63,947 nt of DNA, filler included, from Rhabdomonas costata (GCA_019059605.1; 44 parts of 44 records of this genome joined end to end with filler, not necessarily neighbours in it); one strand, 5' to 3'; shown: positions 12,452 through 25,366, numbered from the whole stretch's first letter. Program-made: numbers and translations. Notes: generated by a model not told the origin, from the sequence alone.

Positions 12452-13849
12452 GTAATCCACGAGTGAAAGGGTTGTTTTACCCTTGATATTTTGTGTGCTT
12501 CGGTGAACACTGTACGGTTATATGTGCAATGACGGCCCTAAATCTCATATTCAGCATCATTTTGGATGTGAATTTCCTCTTCCGAGATCTTGCGGAGGAA
12601 GGCAGCGGTCCAGAAACGTCGTGTATCTCGTAAAATTCTTTCTGTCCCACCGACGACACCGAGACACAGCTGCCGTGACTGGCCCACGCATAATGTTACA
12701 GAAGGGGTTATGCTACCTTGACCAACCTGTGGCGTGATAACACAACTCACCCCACCCTACCACGGTATGCATGTTTGACATGCATACCACATGGTTTGAG
12801 CTACGTGTGAACAAGAACCTGTCCAGCACACCACACTTTGCATAATTTGAGAAGGTTCGCGCGGGCCATCGACCATCAACTGTCGCCATCTGAATTGCTT
12901 GCTGGGCGCTTCAGCACCCAGTGAGACTTTTTTGAGAGACACGGTGGCTACACCGGTGAGCTCAGGTGCCCTCCATCTTTCGCCTTTTTTCACAACACAA
13001 NNNNNNNNNNNNNNNNNNNNNNNNNNNNNNNNNNNNNNNNNNNNTTAATTAATTAANNNNNNNNNNNNNNNNNNNNNNNNNNNNNNNNNNNNNNNNNNNN
13101 GGTTGGGTGGGAGAAGGTAAAAGAATTTTTGTGTGGTGGAGAGAGATGCCCGAATGTCTGAGTGCACAGCGTGCCAGAGCTGTCGCGCAGTGGCAGCTGT
13201 AAAAATACCGTAGCTAATGTGGCGTGAACAAGTCAGCAGTATAAAGAAGCAATTGACGAACTACAGCGTCTGTGTGACATAAGGTCTCTGTGACATCTCC
13301 AATGGATCAATCCAACAAGAACGAAAGAGTGAAGGAGATGAAACTGAAGAGGAAACAGATATTACGGGTCTACGAGGTGCAATAGCTTCCAGGTCTACGT
13401 GAGAGGCATGACATTGCGTTTGCAATCGAAGGTTCCACAGATCAGGAATCTGCTGGTGATGGGATTCATCATTCCAATACTGCAGGCGGCTGCCAACCAG
13501 AAGACTGCAAACAACGTCCAACAAATCAGTTTCATCGACACCCGCGTGTAGATCTCTTTCTAGAAGACCGGGAAGTGAGAAATCCAACAAACTTCTGATG
13601 TGAGACTCCCACACTGTCTTCTTAATGCCCATTTTGCAGATCGTCGATGAACCACATCGCCGGTGGCGATGTAACTACCTCGAATCCCGAAACTTGTTAT
13701 TTTCCCCAAATTATCTGGCGTGTAGTGATATCGAATTCCAACAATTCTTTGCATCTGGATGAGGAGGAAGTAGACATGACCTGCCCCCCCTGAAGCCGGG
13801 TTGACGCGGGCGTAGTCGTGTGGCCGCTGCTCCCCATTTCCGCCCTGAC

Positions 13850-14261
13850 CAAGTAGCGTTTGACGATTCCATTCAAAAACCTGTCCCCCCCTCCCAGAGA
13901 AGACCACATTCTAACACATACAGATCCCGCCCTTAACTTCGTTCCAAGGAAGACAGATCCATGAAACAACAGCTGTCCTCAAAAAGAAAGCATCGACTCA
14001 CCCGGAATATGTACAAGACACCACCACTTCTCTCGGGCTTCTACCGTTCTTCATCACAAGTGGAGCGGGTGGTAAAAACCTTGATTTGGAGACCACTTCA
14101 GCTAGGTTAGCCTCTCCAAACTTGTCCAGAACCTCCGACTGCATCTCCGGGCTCAGAGTCGCCAGGGAGGCGAGGACATTGGGGTCAAACTCGCCCTGAC
14201 GGAGCAGCCCACTGTCGTACAGGGCGTTCACCTTGGCTTGGGCGTAAACGTCCAGAGTCAT
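13850..14261 (-). CDS. hnRNP Q/R (SYNCRIP)-type acidic N-terminal domain protein; exons 14261-14080 and 13880-13850 (second exon may extend to 13781)
   Basis: MTLDVYAQAKVNALYDSGLL...LDKFGEANLAEVVSKS-R-FLNGIVKRY aligns with hnRNP Q AcD (LQQFKESDLSHVQNKSAFLCGVMKTY); phase-2 splice is in frame. Confidence 0.8.
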
Positions 14262-14594
14262 ACAGCGGAGTGCAACAGAACCGAAACAGACGGGGTAAAA
14301 AAACGAATTGCGGTGATCTGGTGAATCTACAATCGGGGATTCTTAACCCTTCTCTGGTCAGAAACTTTGATAACATCAACCGCATGAATAATGCATCCCC
14401 ACCCACGTGGCTTTCCAAGCAGCATAAAGGAGAGGAAAACTAAAAACACACNNNNNNNNNNNNNNNNNNNNNNNNNNNNNNNNNNNNNNNNNNNNTTAAT
14501 TAATTAANNNNNNNNNNNNNNNNNNNNNNNNNNNNNNNNNNNNNNNNNNNNGGGACGGAGAATGGGGGAAGTGTGGGAGAAAGCGGAGTGGAGG

Positions 14595-14777
14595 CCTGCT
14601 CGGAGAACTCCTGGCGGTACCCCACCAGCACGCGGAGCAGGACCAGCACCAGATCCAGACCTTGGAGACTGAGCTGCAGCCACTCCACCCCGAGGCCCTT
14701 GGCCTGAGCCACGGAGGCTGAAGGCGCCGCAAGCCCCGCGACGAACCGTGGCCGCTGGCTCAGCATCGTCTGCAGGG
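14595..14777 (-). CDS. Internal exon of an unknown alpha-helical protein; probable GC donor
   Basis: CTTCTACAG acceptor; high GC3 LQTMLSQRPRF...LVLVLLRVLVGYRQEFSEQ; coding signal ends at CAG|GCCTCC. Confidence 0.45.
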
Positions 14778-17700
14778 CTGTAGAAGCATCACAAGGATTT
14801 CCCTACCCCATCCACCGCACCACGTCCATATTTATCTATTTCTACAATCCCGGACGAAGCCCGGGTTTCCTCACTCGTTCAATTTGCCCCCCAGCTTTGG
14901 CCGTTTTCCAGGATTGACCAATTTTTACGGTTTTTGGGGAATTTTTACGGTTTTTTTATGATTTTTTTTCACACTTTTTTCAGTGAATTTTACGTTCTTT
15001 TTTTACATTTGGATTTGACAATTTTCCAATGTCAGCAAAGTAAAAACAAGCCTAACAAGCCTGACAAAAAACAAAAGCCCGGAGGTGAGTCACCACTTCA
15101 ATGATGGGCCTATGATGTTACGCATTATTCGAAAAAATCTCCCCTATCTGTTTTGTTTCACAATCTTCTTGGTCATTTCAGGAAACCGGGTGCACCAACT
15201 GCTGACCTGTTGGAAGAAAGCTTCTCAAAAAAACAAGCCTAATAAAACCCAGGGGGAACAAAAATCAAAATGTGATGCAGATAAAAAGCGTTCTACCGCG
15301 TCCGTCAGTTACAGGAAACATGGCCTACCCAGTGTTTCCACCACATTCGTTTAAAAGGACGAGTTCTTGTTTGGTGCATGGGTGAGGGCATGCTGCTGTG
15401 TGGAAGGCCATGGTTCACTGGTGTGTTGCGTTGTTGCTGTTGTCGTTGGGTGTGCTTGAAGTTTCTCGAATCCTTTGAACTGCCGGAATGTGAATGCGAA
15501 CTTGTGCCTGGGTTTTCTCTCCCTGCTCTTCCATGTCTGCCTCCTTCTCCGGTCCTCTTCGTTTTCACCCATCCAAGGTCGTTTGTCTGGTGTTCTCATG
15601 TACATCGCTTTCTGTTAGGCGTGGAGCCCAGACCACCAGCAGTCACCTTTTCACCCTTTTCATTTGTTCCCTTTTGTCACTATTCCAATCACGGCTGCGT
15701 CGGAAAAATGTAGTTTGGAGTTGGGGAGTTTTGTTTTCATTGTGTGTCAGATGTTGTTGAACGCTGGACGCAGTGCTCTATTCTAGGCACAACCACTGCC
15801 TACACTTCGGGAAGCAAAGTAATGAGAGTGCACTGCCGAAAAGATGGCCAAGCAAATAGACAACCAATGTGTGCAACTTCAAAAAAAAATACACTTCACC
15901 CAAAAAANNNNNNNNNNNNNNNNNNNNNNNNNNNNNNNNNNNNNNNNNNNNTTAATTAATTAANNNNNNNNNNNNNNNNNNNNNNNNNNNNNNNNNNNNN
16001 NNNNNNNGGGTTTGGTGAGAGGCCGGACCTGACGTGGCTCTTTGGCTGGATTCATCCCTAGGGAGAGAAGGCAGCTGGGCATGTGGAGCCGAATTGGATT
16101 TGCATTGTGTGTGTGTTTAGCTAATGAGTTTGTGCTGAAAGTTTTTCTTCGAATGGTTTTCGGCGCGTCTGAGAAATTTTTGTGCTGTGCGGACCTGTTT
16201 TGGCGGATCTGCGTTCTCAGTTCCGCCAGCGGAAACCGAAAAATGAAATCTTCCTGCGTTATTACCTCTGCCGCTTTCTGCATCCAATGTTTTGCCTTTC
16301 GGCGGCAAAGGGTGCCTCGGCAGGGCGAAAGTTGACGAAAACGATACACAAACTGACACACTCACAGTACTCACCTTGACCTCCGATTTCTTTGTTTTTT
16401 GGGGTGGTGCTTCCTTTCGACCCTTATTTTTTCGCATTCTCATGAATTGCACGAACCACGCTTGCCCATTGGTGAGCCAGCTGCACCAGTCATTGTTTCC
16501 CTTTGTTTGTGTTTGTGTCTATTTCTTTTGGGAAGCTTTTTGGCTCCACGGCCTGCTTCTCGGTGCCTTTAGCACCGCATGCTTTGCTTTGCGCAGCCCG
16601 CTCATCTCACATCATTTGATTTCTGCTCACCTTCTGTGGGATTTCGAGGTTTGTATTCTCCATGCGATCCAGGTTTTGGCCATCTCTTTTGTGTGTTCTC
16701 CTCTGCTTCATCTCTGTCATGGCTCTGCCATGGCCCGACCTTGCCTGAAGTTTTCACATCAGGGGTAAGTGGGAGGTGCTCCTGGTTGACTTTTTGTTTC
16801 GCGTTATCTTTTTGTGACGGGGGCTTTTTTCCCGTGGCTGTGCAATGGGGTTTTGTCATGAAAGTAATGTAATAGTTGGGTGGTGGGCCCCTTCAAAATG
16901 CCATGCGCATTAAGTCACCACATCGATATTCGCACTTGACATAATGTCTCTGGCGCAGATTCTGATACTTGACCACGTCCATGGCACACACTCGCACTCT
17001 CGCACCCCCGCACAAACGTCCAATTGCGGATGCGGGTGTGAAATGAAAATCCGACGGATGGGGGGAATGTAGGCTTGTTTGATGGCTGCAAACATTAACA
17101 CTGCATTAAAAAAGAATCGCCTTCGAAACTAAAACTTCAAACCAAATTTTCGATAAGACAAGTTCCACAACTCCACTCTTTTCAGAGGTAATGTCCACCA
17201 GCGAAACGCTCGACATAATTGCAGACCCGAAGAAGCCTCTCCGCGAACTCCGCGACGCTGGACGTTGGATCAAAGCCTAATGACAATCAAGACGTAAGCC
17301 CAACCGCAATAGCAAACAAGGTCACAATAGAGACACTCGCTGCAAATCGCGGACAAACCCACANNNNNNNNNNNNNNNNNNNNNNNNNNNNNNNNNNNNN
17401 NNNNNNNTTAATTAATTAANNNNNNNNNNNNNNNNNNNNNNNNNNNNNNNNNNNNNNNNNNNNGGGTTGGGGTTGGGCTCTTCGTGGGTCTATACGGGTA
17501 TTGGCTTCTGGGTGTCAATCCGGGAGATGCTGAAGACGAGCCTGCGGTGGTGGTCCAAAAACAGTGACAATACGAAGCACCAGCTCCGTCAGTGACAGCC
17601 GCATGGTCTATCTAAGAGCCCGACTTAACACTGGGCAGTGCCTATAAATAAGAAAATCACAGCTGATCTATCAGTCGTGCTTGCGTTAATGCTTGGCATG

Positions 17701-18919
17701 TGTGTTGCGAATGTAATGGGTAAGAGAAGTATCGGTGGGCTAATCGCAAGAAGGGCTAGAAAAATACCAAATCGAGTGCAGTGGGTGACTTGAAAGTTGC
17801 GCCAACCTGTCGCTTGTTGTTTCAGACTTGTTTCCCCTGGAAAACCTGCATTCACCACCAACTGACCATATAACTGAACTACTGAGTTGGCGGATGGTGC
17901 GCAACTTGAAGGAGCGGGCCTAGAAGCTGAGAAAGGAAGCGCTACCACAACGATGGAAACCGTGAGAGTGCCAAGAAAAAACGCACAGCGAGCAGAGGCG
18001 CAGAGCGTTTGGCAGCACCGCGGCCGGCTCCACTTCACTCCGTTGCTATGCCAAAGAAAGAAAGCACGGGGCGCATGGGCGCGTCGGCCCGCAATTCCAG
18101 GTTCGACACCAAGCCATCGGTAAACATTGAAGAAATGCGGTGGGAGAAGGGAGCAGACATAACACACGCGCACAGCAACAGAAGCGTGGAGGACGGGAAA
18201 TAATAAGATGCTGGCAGGTCATGGGATCAGCAGATTCTGCTTGAACCCCACCAACCTGAACCCCAGGTGCTAATCACCAGAAAAACATCGATAGAGGACA
18301 GAGGGAGAGTCAGAACAACCTCAGGCAGAGCCACAGCGCACAGAGGCATGGCAGACGTACGTCAAGAGCACTGAAAACATCTTCAAAGAGCATGTTGGGA
18401 CATGCAAACCGCGAGTGCCAAAAGTGGGCAGAAAAAGGCCTCACAACGGATGATGCACAAACCACCCCACGAAAGAACCCCGAAAAAAAAACAACTCCAC
18501 CAGCGTGCAAAGCATGACTTCGACGTGAATCCTTTCAGCAACAATTTCGAACGTTTTCTTCGAGTCAGCTCGGAGTGGACGTGCCCAATCGATTGGGTTC
18601 ACTTCCATCCTTGTTTCCACGATCAAGAGGAAGCGCCGCAGCTCGTGGTGGTCTCTCGACTTTCCAGGACGGGAGGGGGGCTGAGCCCGGCGCGGTGCCT
18701 GCGCTGCTGCAGAACCCAAAGCAGGCGCCGCGCCAGCTCCGCCTCCGCCGGGATGCCCCCCACCGCTGATGCCATCTCGGCCAAGGAACAGATGGCCTCC
18801 TCCACCACCCCAACAAACCNNNNNNNNNNNNNNNNNNNNNNNNNNNNNNNNNNNNNNNNNNNNTTAATTAATTAANNNNNNNNNNNNNNNNNNNNNNNNN
18901 NNNNNNNNNNNNNNNNNNN

Positions 18920-19450
18920 CTGTCCACCGGAGGGGTGGGGAGCCGATGTTTGCCGTCGCCTGCACCCTGTTCACCGCAGAGCGCTTCACCTGGGAGCTCC
19001 AAACGGTAAGCCCGTTCTGTAGCGTGCAGCTGAGAGGCGTGCCAAAGAAAAGGAAAGAGAGTTGGGGGAGGTGTGCCGAGCGGTTGGATGGGATTTCCCC
19101 CCCGTTTTTGCGGAGACAACGGGAGCGTGGATCATCATATTGTATTGTCGTCAAGCACCCGCGCTTCGATTTCGCTGACCTGCACTTCCCGATACTCTTG
19201 GCAGCTTATCTCCTCGTTGCTGTTTCCGGGTACGACCATTTTCATCGTGGAGGTGGAGGCGGCGGCCCCGAATAAGCTGATCGCCAGCTCCAGCGACACC
19301 GACGCCTGGCTAGTGATAGAGAGGATGTCGTACATGTTCGACCACAACACCCCGCGGGGCAGATGGGCCGAGCTGCTGGAGCTGACCAGTGCCACCTCCC
19401 TGACTGGAGTGCCGGGGTACCTGCTCACGGCACAGTCGCTGACGTTGCAG
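18920..19450 (+). CDS. Cache-like extracellular sensor domain of a membrane receptor; exons 18920-19005 and 19205-19450
   Basis: GTAAGC donor and CTCTTGGCAG acceptor in phase 0; ...FTWELQT-LISSLLFPGTTIFIVEVEAAAPNKLIASS...GYLLTAQSL resembles the dCache FIVE..G.LIASS motif. Confidence 0.55.
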
Positions 19451-21856
19451 GTCTTCAGAAATCAGGGTGAAATTCTAACATTCCTTATCAGTGTTTTCTC
19501 GAACCCTTTATCCATCTGCGTACCAAGTTAATGCTTGGGTCGGGGCTGCTTAACTCATACAACGTGACACCCTTTTGAGGAGGACTCAATTCTTTGGTTT
19601 GTACCGAATACACAGCTGGCTTGCACCCGCGATTGTCCCTCCAAACTATTTTCGTATCTACCTCGCCCACGCTGCCTCGGCACGAGAATCATGATAATCT
19701 GTCTCATAGACCTGGAACTGATAGAAGAGGGGTTACATAGTCTTCTTGCGCGTGCACCTGCAGAATGCAGATGGCCAGTGATGCACCATTTTATCTTTGT
19801 GTTGCCATCAAACGGGTCAGGAGGTGATGCACGTTTCCCCTGGGATTTCAATGGAAGGGTTTCCCCAAGATGTCGGAGATCCTAGGTACTAATACACTTA
19901 CGGAATGAGTATCCTCGTGCGTGCGTAGCACTTTTAAACGGTCTGTGTAACAGGGGGGGGGGAGTGGCGGGCGTCGATATGCTACGCCCGTACATACACA
20001 TGCTTTCACCGCTTTCACCTTTTTCTCCCTTTCACCCCAGAAATGCGGTGGAAGGACGAATGGGTATGGACCGGATTCGGTGTTTGGTGGCGCGTTTCTT
20101 GCTGTCTGGAAGAGTATGGTGAACGGAGCTGGTGTGGTGGAGTTGGAGTTTCAGTGTTGGTGGTTCGCAGGAGTTGCCGCAGTTGCTGGAGTTAGAGTTG
20201 GTGGAGAGGTTACATTGTTGGTGTTACGTGGTTTTGGGTTTGCCTGAAGTTCCCCGGGTTTCCAAGTTGCAGAAANNNNNNNNNNNNNNNNNNNNNNNNN
20301 NNNNNNNNNNNNNNNNNNNTTAATTAATTAANNNNNNNNNNNNNNNNNNNNNNNNNNNNNNNNNNNNNNNNNNNNGGGTGTGGGTGTCTGTGTTGCGCAA
20401 ATTACCCCACTTCCGCAACACAGACACCTACACACACTTTTTGGCCAGCGGAAGATACGACAGCATGGCGTGGTCCAGCCAGCTGCTGTGGTTCGCCACC
20501 CACGTAGGCCGGGGGGCCATTGGTCGGACCACCGCTGGGACGAACCGGAGGCCACCCCCGCACCTCCACCTTCCCCCGCACGATGCCCACCAAGCGCATC
20601 ACCTCAATGACTCCACAGCCGAGTACCTTCGAATCGCACGGGCAGATTTCCTCATCTACTTACACGCACAGCGGCCTTTAGATTACGGTCAATTCCCCAT
20701 GCACACCACTTTACGGGCAGAAAGCACTGATTGATGATATGCCACCACATACCCGATATACGGGAGGGAAAGAGAGAAGGGGGATGCCATCCGGTCCGGG
20801 TCACCGTTGGGTTTGGGGAGCATAACGGACCATTTCGCGTACCGTACACTCAATTGATCCCTATCCCATCCTCAGTGCATTTCAGACTTAACATCAGTCA
20901 AGTGAGCAACGGAAAAGAGCTGGAACTGCAATAATGGCTTTCTTGTGAAGCGCAAGAGCAGGGTAGAGTAAAAGTTGAGACAACCGAATCCCAACAACTA
21001 CGGGGAATCAGTCCAGTTCATCGGTTCATCGGTTCATCGGTTAGCTCCAGTGTGCAAGGATTGTGTGCCCAAACTAACGGGGTGCAGGACGGTCAGACTC
21101 CCCGCTCTTCGGTGGGAATGTCTCTTTCAGGTGGACACCCCTTCGATGGATGCGCTTGTATTCTTTCACGAGCTGGGCCGCCCAACCACTGTCGTGCGAG
21201 TTGACCTCCTCACCATGGAGCTTCTGGGGAGGTATGCACAAGAGTGGATGCTGCGTGTTGAGCGCAACGTGATAACAGGTGAGCATTTTCTCAGATATTT
21301 GTGTGGCGTTCCGTGCTAATGTTGAAGCTGCAAGGACAGCAGCTGTATTAGGTGAACTGAATTGGTGAAGCATTTTCGCTGGGGCACATGGGCAAGGGAC
21401 GTTTCCCGTCGGGCGATCTGTGCCGCCCTTTTTCCGGTGGGACAGTGGAAGAAACGCTCATCTTGTTCAAAGACACAAGGTCTTTGTCGGAGGTGCATTC
21501 CCAACCCAATTCTGTTTAAACCCTTGTCTTCTTCCCAACTGTGCATATCTTCTGCAGTATGTTTGAAATTTTGCCCGATCATGTTCTCGCCGAAGTTGTG
21601 AACATGGCCGGAAGTTGTTTTGTTATGCTTTCTGGAGTACTGTGTTTCCAAAGTTGGAAGGAGCCATTCCTCTCTTCTGTGGTGTCGTCTTCATCGCTTA
21701 CCCTGTTTCGGCTTTGGAAACACACAACCACNNNNNNNNNNNNNNNNNNNNNNNNNNNNNNNNNNNNNNNNNNNNTTAATTAATTAANNNNNNNNNNNNN
21801 NNNNNNNNNNNNNNNNNNNNNNNNNNNNNNNGTGGGTTGTGAACGCTCTCTGACAG

Positions 21857-23127
21857 GCTGGTAACCTGAAGAAGCGCGAGCTGGACTTCATGACCAGCCA
21901 CTGCCTGCAGCTTTCCACGCCAATCAACGGGATCCTCGGCTTCACTCAGCTGCTGCGCGAGACTCCTCTGCTGCCCGACCAGCACAACTACCTGGACTCC
22001 ATCCACTCTGCCACAGAGTACCTCGTGAGCATCTCCTCCAACATGCTGGACCACAACAAGGTTTGCGTGTGTGTGTGTGTGCACGCCTCCGGGGGCTCAG
22101 CCGGGCTGCTTCCGTTTAAATGATGTCATTGAGCATCAGCATCATGACTGTCCTGTTGTACAGAAACTGCTGAACCGTCGTTGGTATCTGCGGGTTAATG
22201 ACCCGGTTGCAGCACCAGTGCCAGATTTCATCTGTTTAGCCCCTTCTCCGGCTCTACTGAAAGCAAGCTATCAAATTATCAACGTTTTATGAACCTCTCC
22301 ACCTCACTTTCCCTGCCAGCTGATATCCGATATTTGTAGGCTCTTGTCAGTGCTAGGAGCTTGAAATTAGTTTGCTTTGGCCGAGTTTGTGAGAGGTTGG
22401 TGTGATACTCTGTTACCCTGGAGGCCAATGTGTTCCTCTTCTAAAACTAGATCAAGATGGGCCTGTTTGAGCTGGAGAAGATCCCCTTCAACCTGGACTC
22501 CGTGATCGAGAGCGTGGTTCGAGACGCCGCCGGGGTGGCGATCCACAAGGGGGTGCGTGCCTGGCACCCCGCAACCTCCCGTCTTTCCTGCCTTTCCTTC
22601 TTCCCTTATTTCCCCTATAGCGCAATTGCTCCATTTCTTAAAGAACCTTGGTCACGCTCCACAACCCCTGCACCCGAAGGATGTACTCAGGGGCATCTCA
22701 ATAAGATGACTACTGTGATCTGCACCTTTTCTTTTCGTAATTCACTTCTTTTTGTTCTCAGACCGCCGCATGTAGCTCTTCCTCTCATTCTCCTCGTTCA
22801 ATTCGGTTAAACTTGTGCCCTCTTCCCCCTTCACGTCCGCACCCTGTCCACCCCATCCCATTTTTTCACATCTCTTGTTGCGCAGGGTGGCCTCTTCATG
22901 GACCATTTTCAGCTGAGGTTGTGTATGGAATGAAGACTGCTGTATTTTTTTTTTGCATTGTACTCACACTTCGCTTTAGCTTGCCCCACGCCCCCGTTCT
23001 CAGATTGACATCCACCTGTTCCTGCCCCCGGTTGAGGGCGGGCTGTGCCATGTCATCGGGGACCCCAAGCACATCCGGTTCCTCTTCTTCTCGTACACCT
23101 CCAACGCACTGAAGTTCACGCAGCAGC
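21857..23127 (+). CDS. Sensor histidine kinase-like protein (HisKA + start of HATPase_c) with degenerate H-box; exons 21857-22060, 22451-22552, 23004-~23127
   Basis: DFMTSHCLQLSTPINGILGFTQLL..., NMLDHNK-IKMGLFELEKIPFNL..., VIGDPKHIRFLFFSYTSNALKFT; all joins are phase-0 GT-AG. Confidence 0.9.
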
Positions 23128-23671
23128 ACGGGGGCGTGGGGCAAGCTAAAGCGAAGTGTGAGTACAATGCAAAAAAAAAACACAACAANNNNNNNNNNNN
23201 NNNNNNNNNNNNNNNNNNNNNNNNNNNNNNNNTTAATTAATTAANNNNNNNNNNNNNNNNNNNNNNNNNNNNNNNNNNNNNNNNNNNNGGGTGTTGGGAC
23301 ACCACAGTGCAAACAAGTGCGGCACAAGCGAAGCACGAAGGCCCGGAAGAGAACAGTGCAGTCTCGGACATTGCTAACAAGGAGCCGGCACAGGGCGGAA
23401 GGGACGACCACGACCTTGAAGCAGGACAAAGGGCGCGCAGGCTCGATACGAAACAACCGTTCTACAGGAGGAAACTTAAGTAAGCGTGTAGGTAGGGTTT
23501 CCGCGTATCATTGAGTGACACAAGCACGGGAATGAGGAAGAAAAGCGGTGGGATGAGGGGTCGCGGCGATGATGCTGAATGGTCAAACAACATCTAACAT
23601 CTATTCGGCCACACACTGCTGGCTCCGCTACCAAGAACCACTCTGTCCCCCCTCCTCACTTCCCAACAAAG

Positions 23672-23856
23672 GCTGCGTGGCTGGGCAGTGGTCCCTGCTG
23701 GGGTTCCACTTGCTTGCCGTGTTCATCACGTCGACGTACTCCTTCGTGGTGTCGATGCTGCTGTACAAGGCGGTGAACCTGTTTCTCCCCTTACGAGTCC
23801 CGGAGTGGAAAGAAGAGCTCGGGCTGGACCTCTCCCAGCACGGCGAGACAGTGATC
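23672..23856 (+). CDS. amt: Ammonium transporter (Amt/MEP family), exon with the last TM helix and C-terminal region
   Basis: TYSFVVSMLLYKAVNLFLPLRVPEWKEELGLDLSQHGE matches the Amt LRV..EE..GLD...HGE signature. Confidence 0.9.
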
Positions 23857-25124
23857 GTGTGTCACCGGGCCCCTCTCCGCCCCCCCCCCTACTCTCTCGC
23901 CTTACTCGGGGTGGGCATCTTGGGAAGGGGCACCGCTTTTATGATTAAAGGTTAAACGAACCTGCGAGGGGCCTGCAGTGACAGGCTTTGAATTTATTGC
24001 GGTGGCCGCTTATGTTTGTGGAACAAAACATCAAGGTGCCGCAAAGTTTACTTAAATGATCTTCCATAAAAAAAACTCCCTCCGCTTAACTGTTTTTGCA
24101 ATTTGAAGGCGACTCAACTGCCCACCCCACCCCTGGAAACGGGTTTTGTGGTATAAAAGTTATGAGAGCAGCTAGGATGTCTTGATCCGCGGAGTGCAGT
24201 GGAGCATCCTGGACCTGGACGTTTTCGAGAGCGCTTGTGGATATGTGCATCGCCTCCTTGCTCCATGTGAAAGCATCTCTTGGAATGTCAAGGGTATGGA
24301 AATTTGCTTGGCTTCCTAATCTCTGCCTTCCAGTCTAGTATTGGAATCCGAGAGGATATCTGCATTGCCCTCTCACCCCCGGAAATGTGCCCCTCCAAAA
24401 TACTTGACCCTAACTGTATACCTCGCTTAATTAACTTTTATCCATCCCGGTATCAGCCGGTCCAGCCTCTTCACCAATTCTTTCTTGCAGTTTTTTCGAC
24501 CATTACTGAGCATGGAAGAGCTCTATCGAAGGTGCACTGAGCTAAGTGGGAATCATAGAAATCAGATTTGGCAGCACCCAGAATACCCTGGGACTGGATT
24601 CGCGTGGATAATGCAGAGGATGATGAGCAATGAGAAGCACAAACNNNNNNNNNNNNNNNNNNNNNNNNNNNNNNNNNNNNNNNNNNNNTTAATTAATTAA
24701 NNNNNNNNNNNNNNNNNNNNNNNNNNNNNNNNNNNNNNNNNNNNTGTGGTGTTGGTGGGAGGGATAAAATGCTTCCTTGTTTGCCTGTTTCCGCCACTGA
24801 GAGGCTTCAGCCCCGACGCAGAACTTTATTCCCACTGTGCGTCCCGTCATCGACTCGCCATGCCGCCAAAGCCGGTGCCACAAAAGCCATCAGCACAACA
24901 GAGGTTGCAGGCCCGAGTGGCCTACAGCATCACTTCAATGGCCGATGGGCTTTTAACGAGGGATCGCATCATTTAGTATGGGTGTCAGAGAATCAGCTCC
25001 AGCGGAAGGAACTGATGCCGCAGGTTTCCTCCCGTTTTCGAGGGGAGGGGAGGGTGCCGTGGATGTGCGTGGCTGCCACCTTCCTAGTAATTTTCTTCCC
25101 CACTCCGTTGCCCTCCGTTTGTAG

Positions 25125-25366
25125 GGCTCTTCCCCGTCTTCTCAAACGCCCTCTGAGCGCTTCTCACACAACCCCTACTCCTATGAGGAGCTCACTCCAA
25201 CCACGGAAGCCCGCACCCGGTCCGCCTCCCAGCCCACCTCCGCACTTAACATTCCCACGGCGGGGGTGGTGCCGGGATCCTCGCTGAGGCAGCGCCGCGC
25301 TGCACGGAGCGGAAGCTGCAGCAGCTGCGCCAGCAGTGTGGGTAGCGCGGCCACCCCTCCAGCGAT
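25125..25366 (+). CDS. Ser/Pro-rich exon with an RFSHNPY motif
   Basis: TTTGTAG acceptor, ATG|GTGCGT donor, open frame GSSPSSQTPSERFSHNPYSYEELTP...PPAM. Confidence 0.55.

Noticed and set aside
19135-19453. Antisense ORF with good GC3 overlapping the Cache exon
   Set aside because: The plus strand has phase-matched splice sites and a recognisable motif; antisense open frames are common in GC3-rich exons
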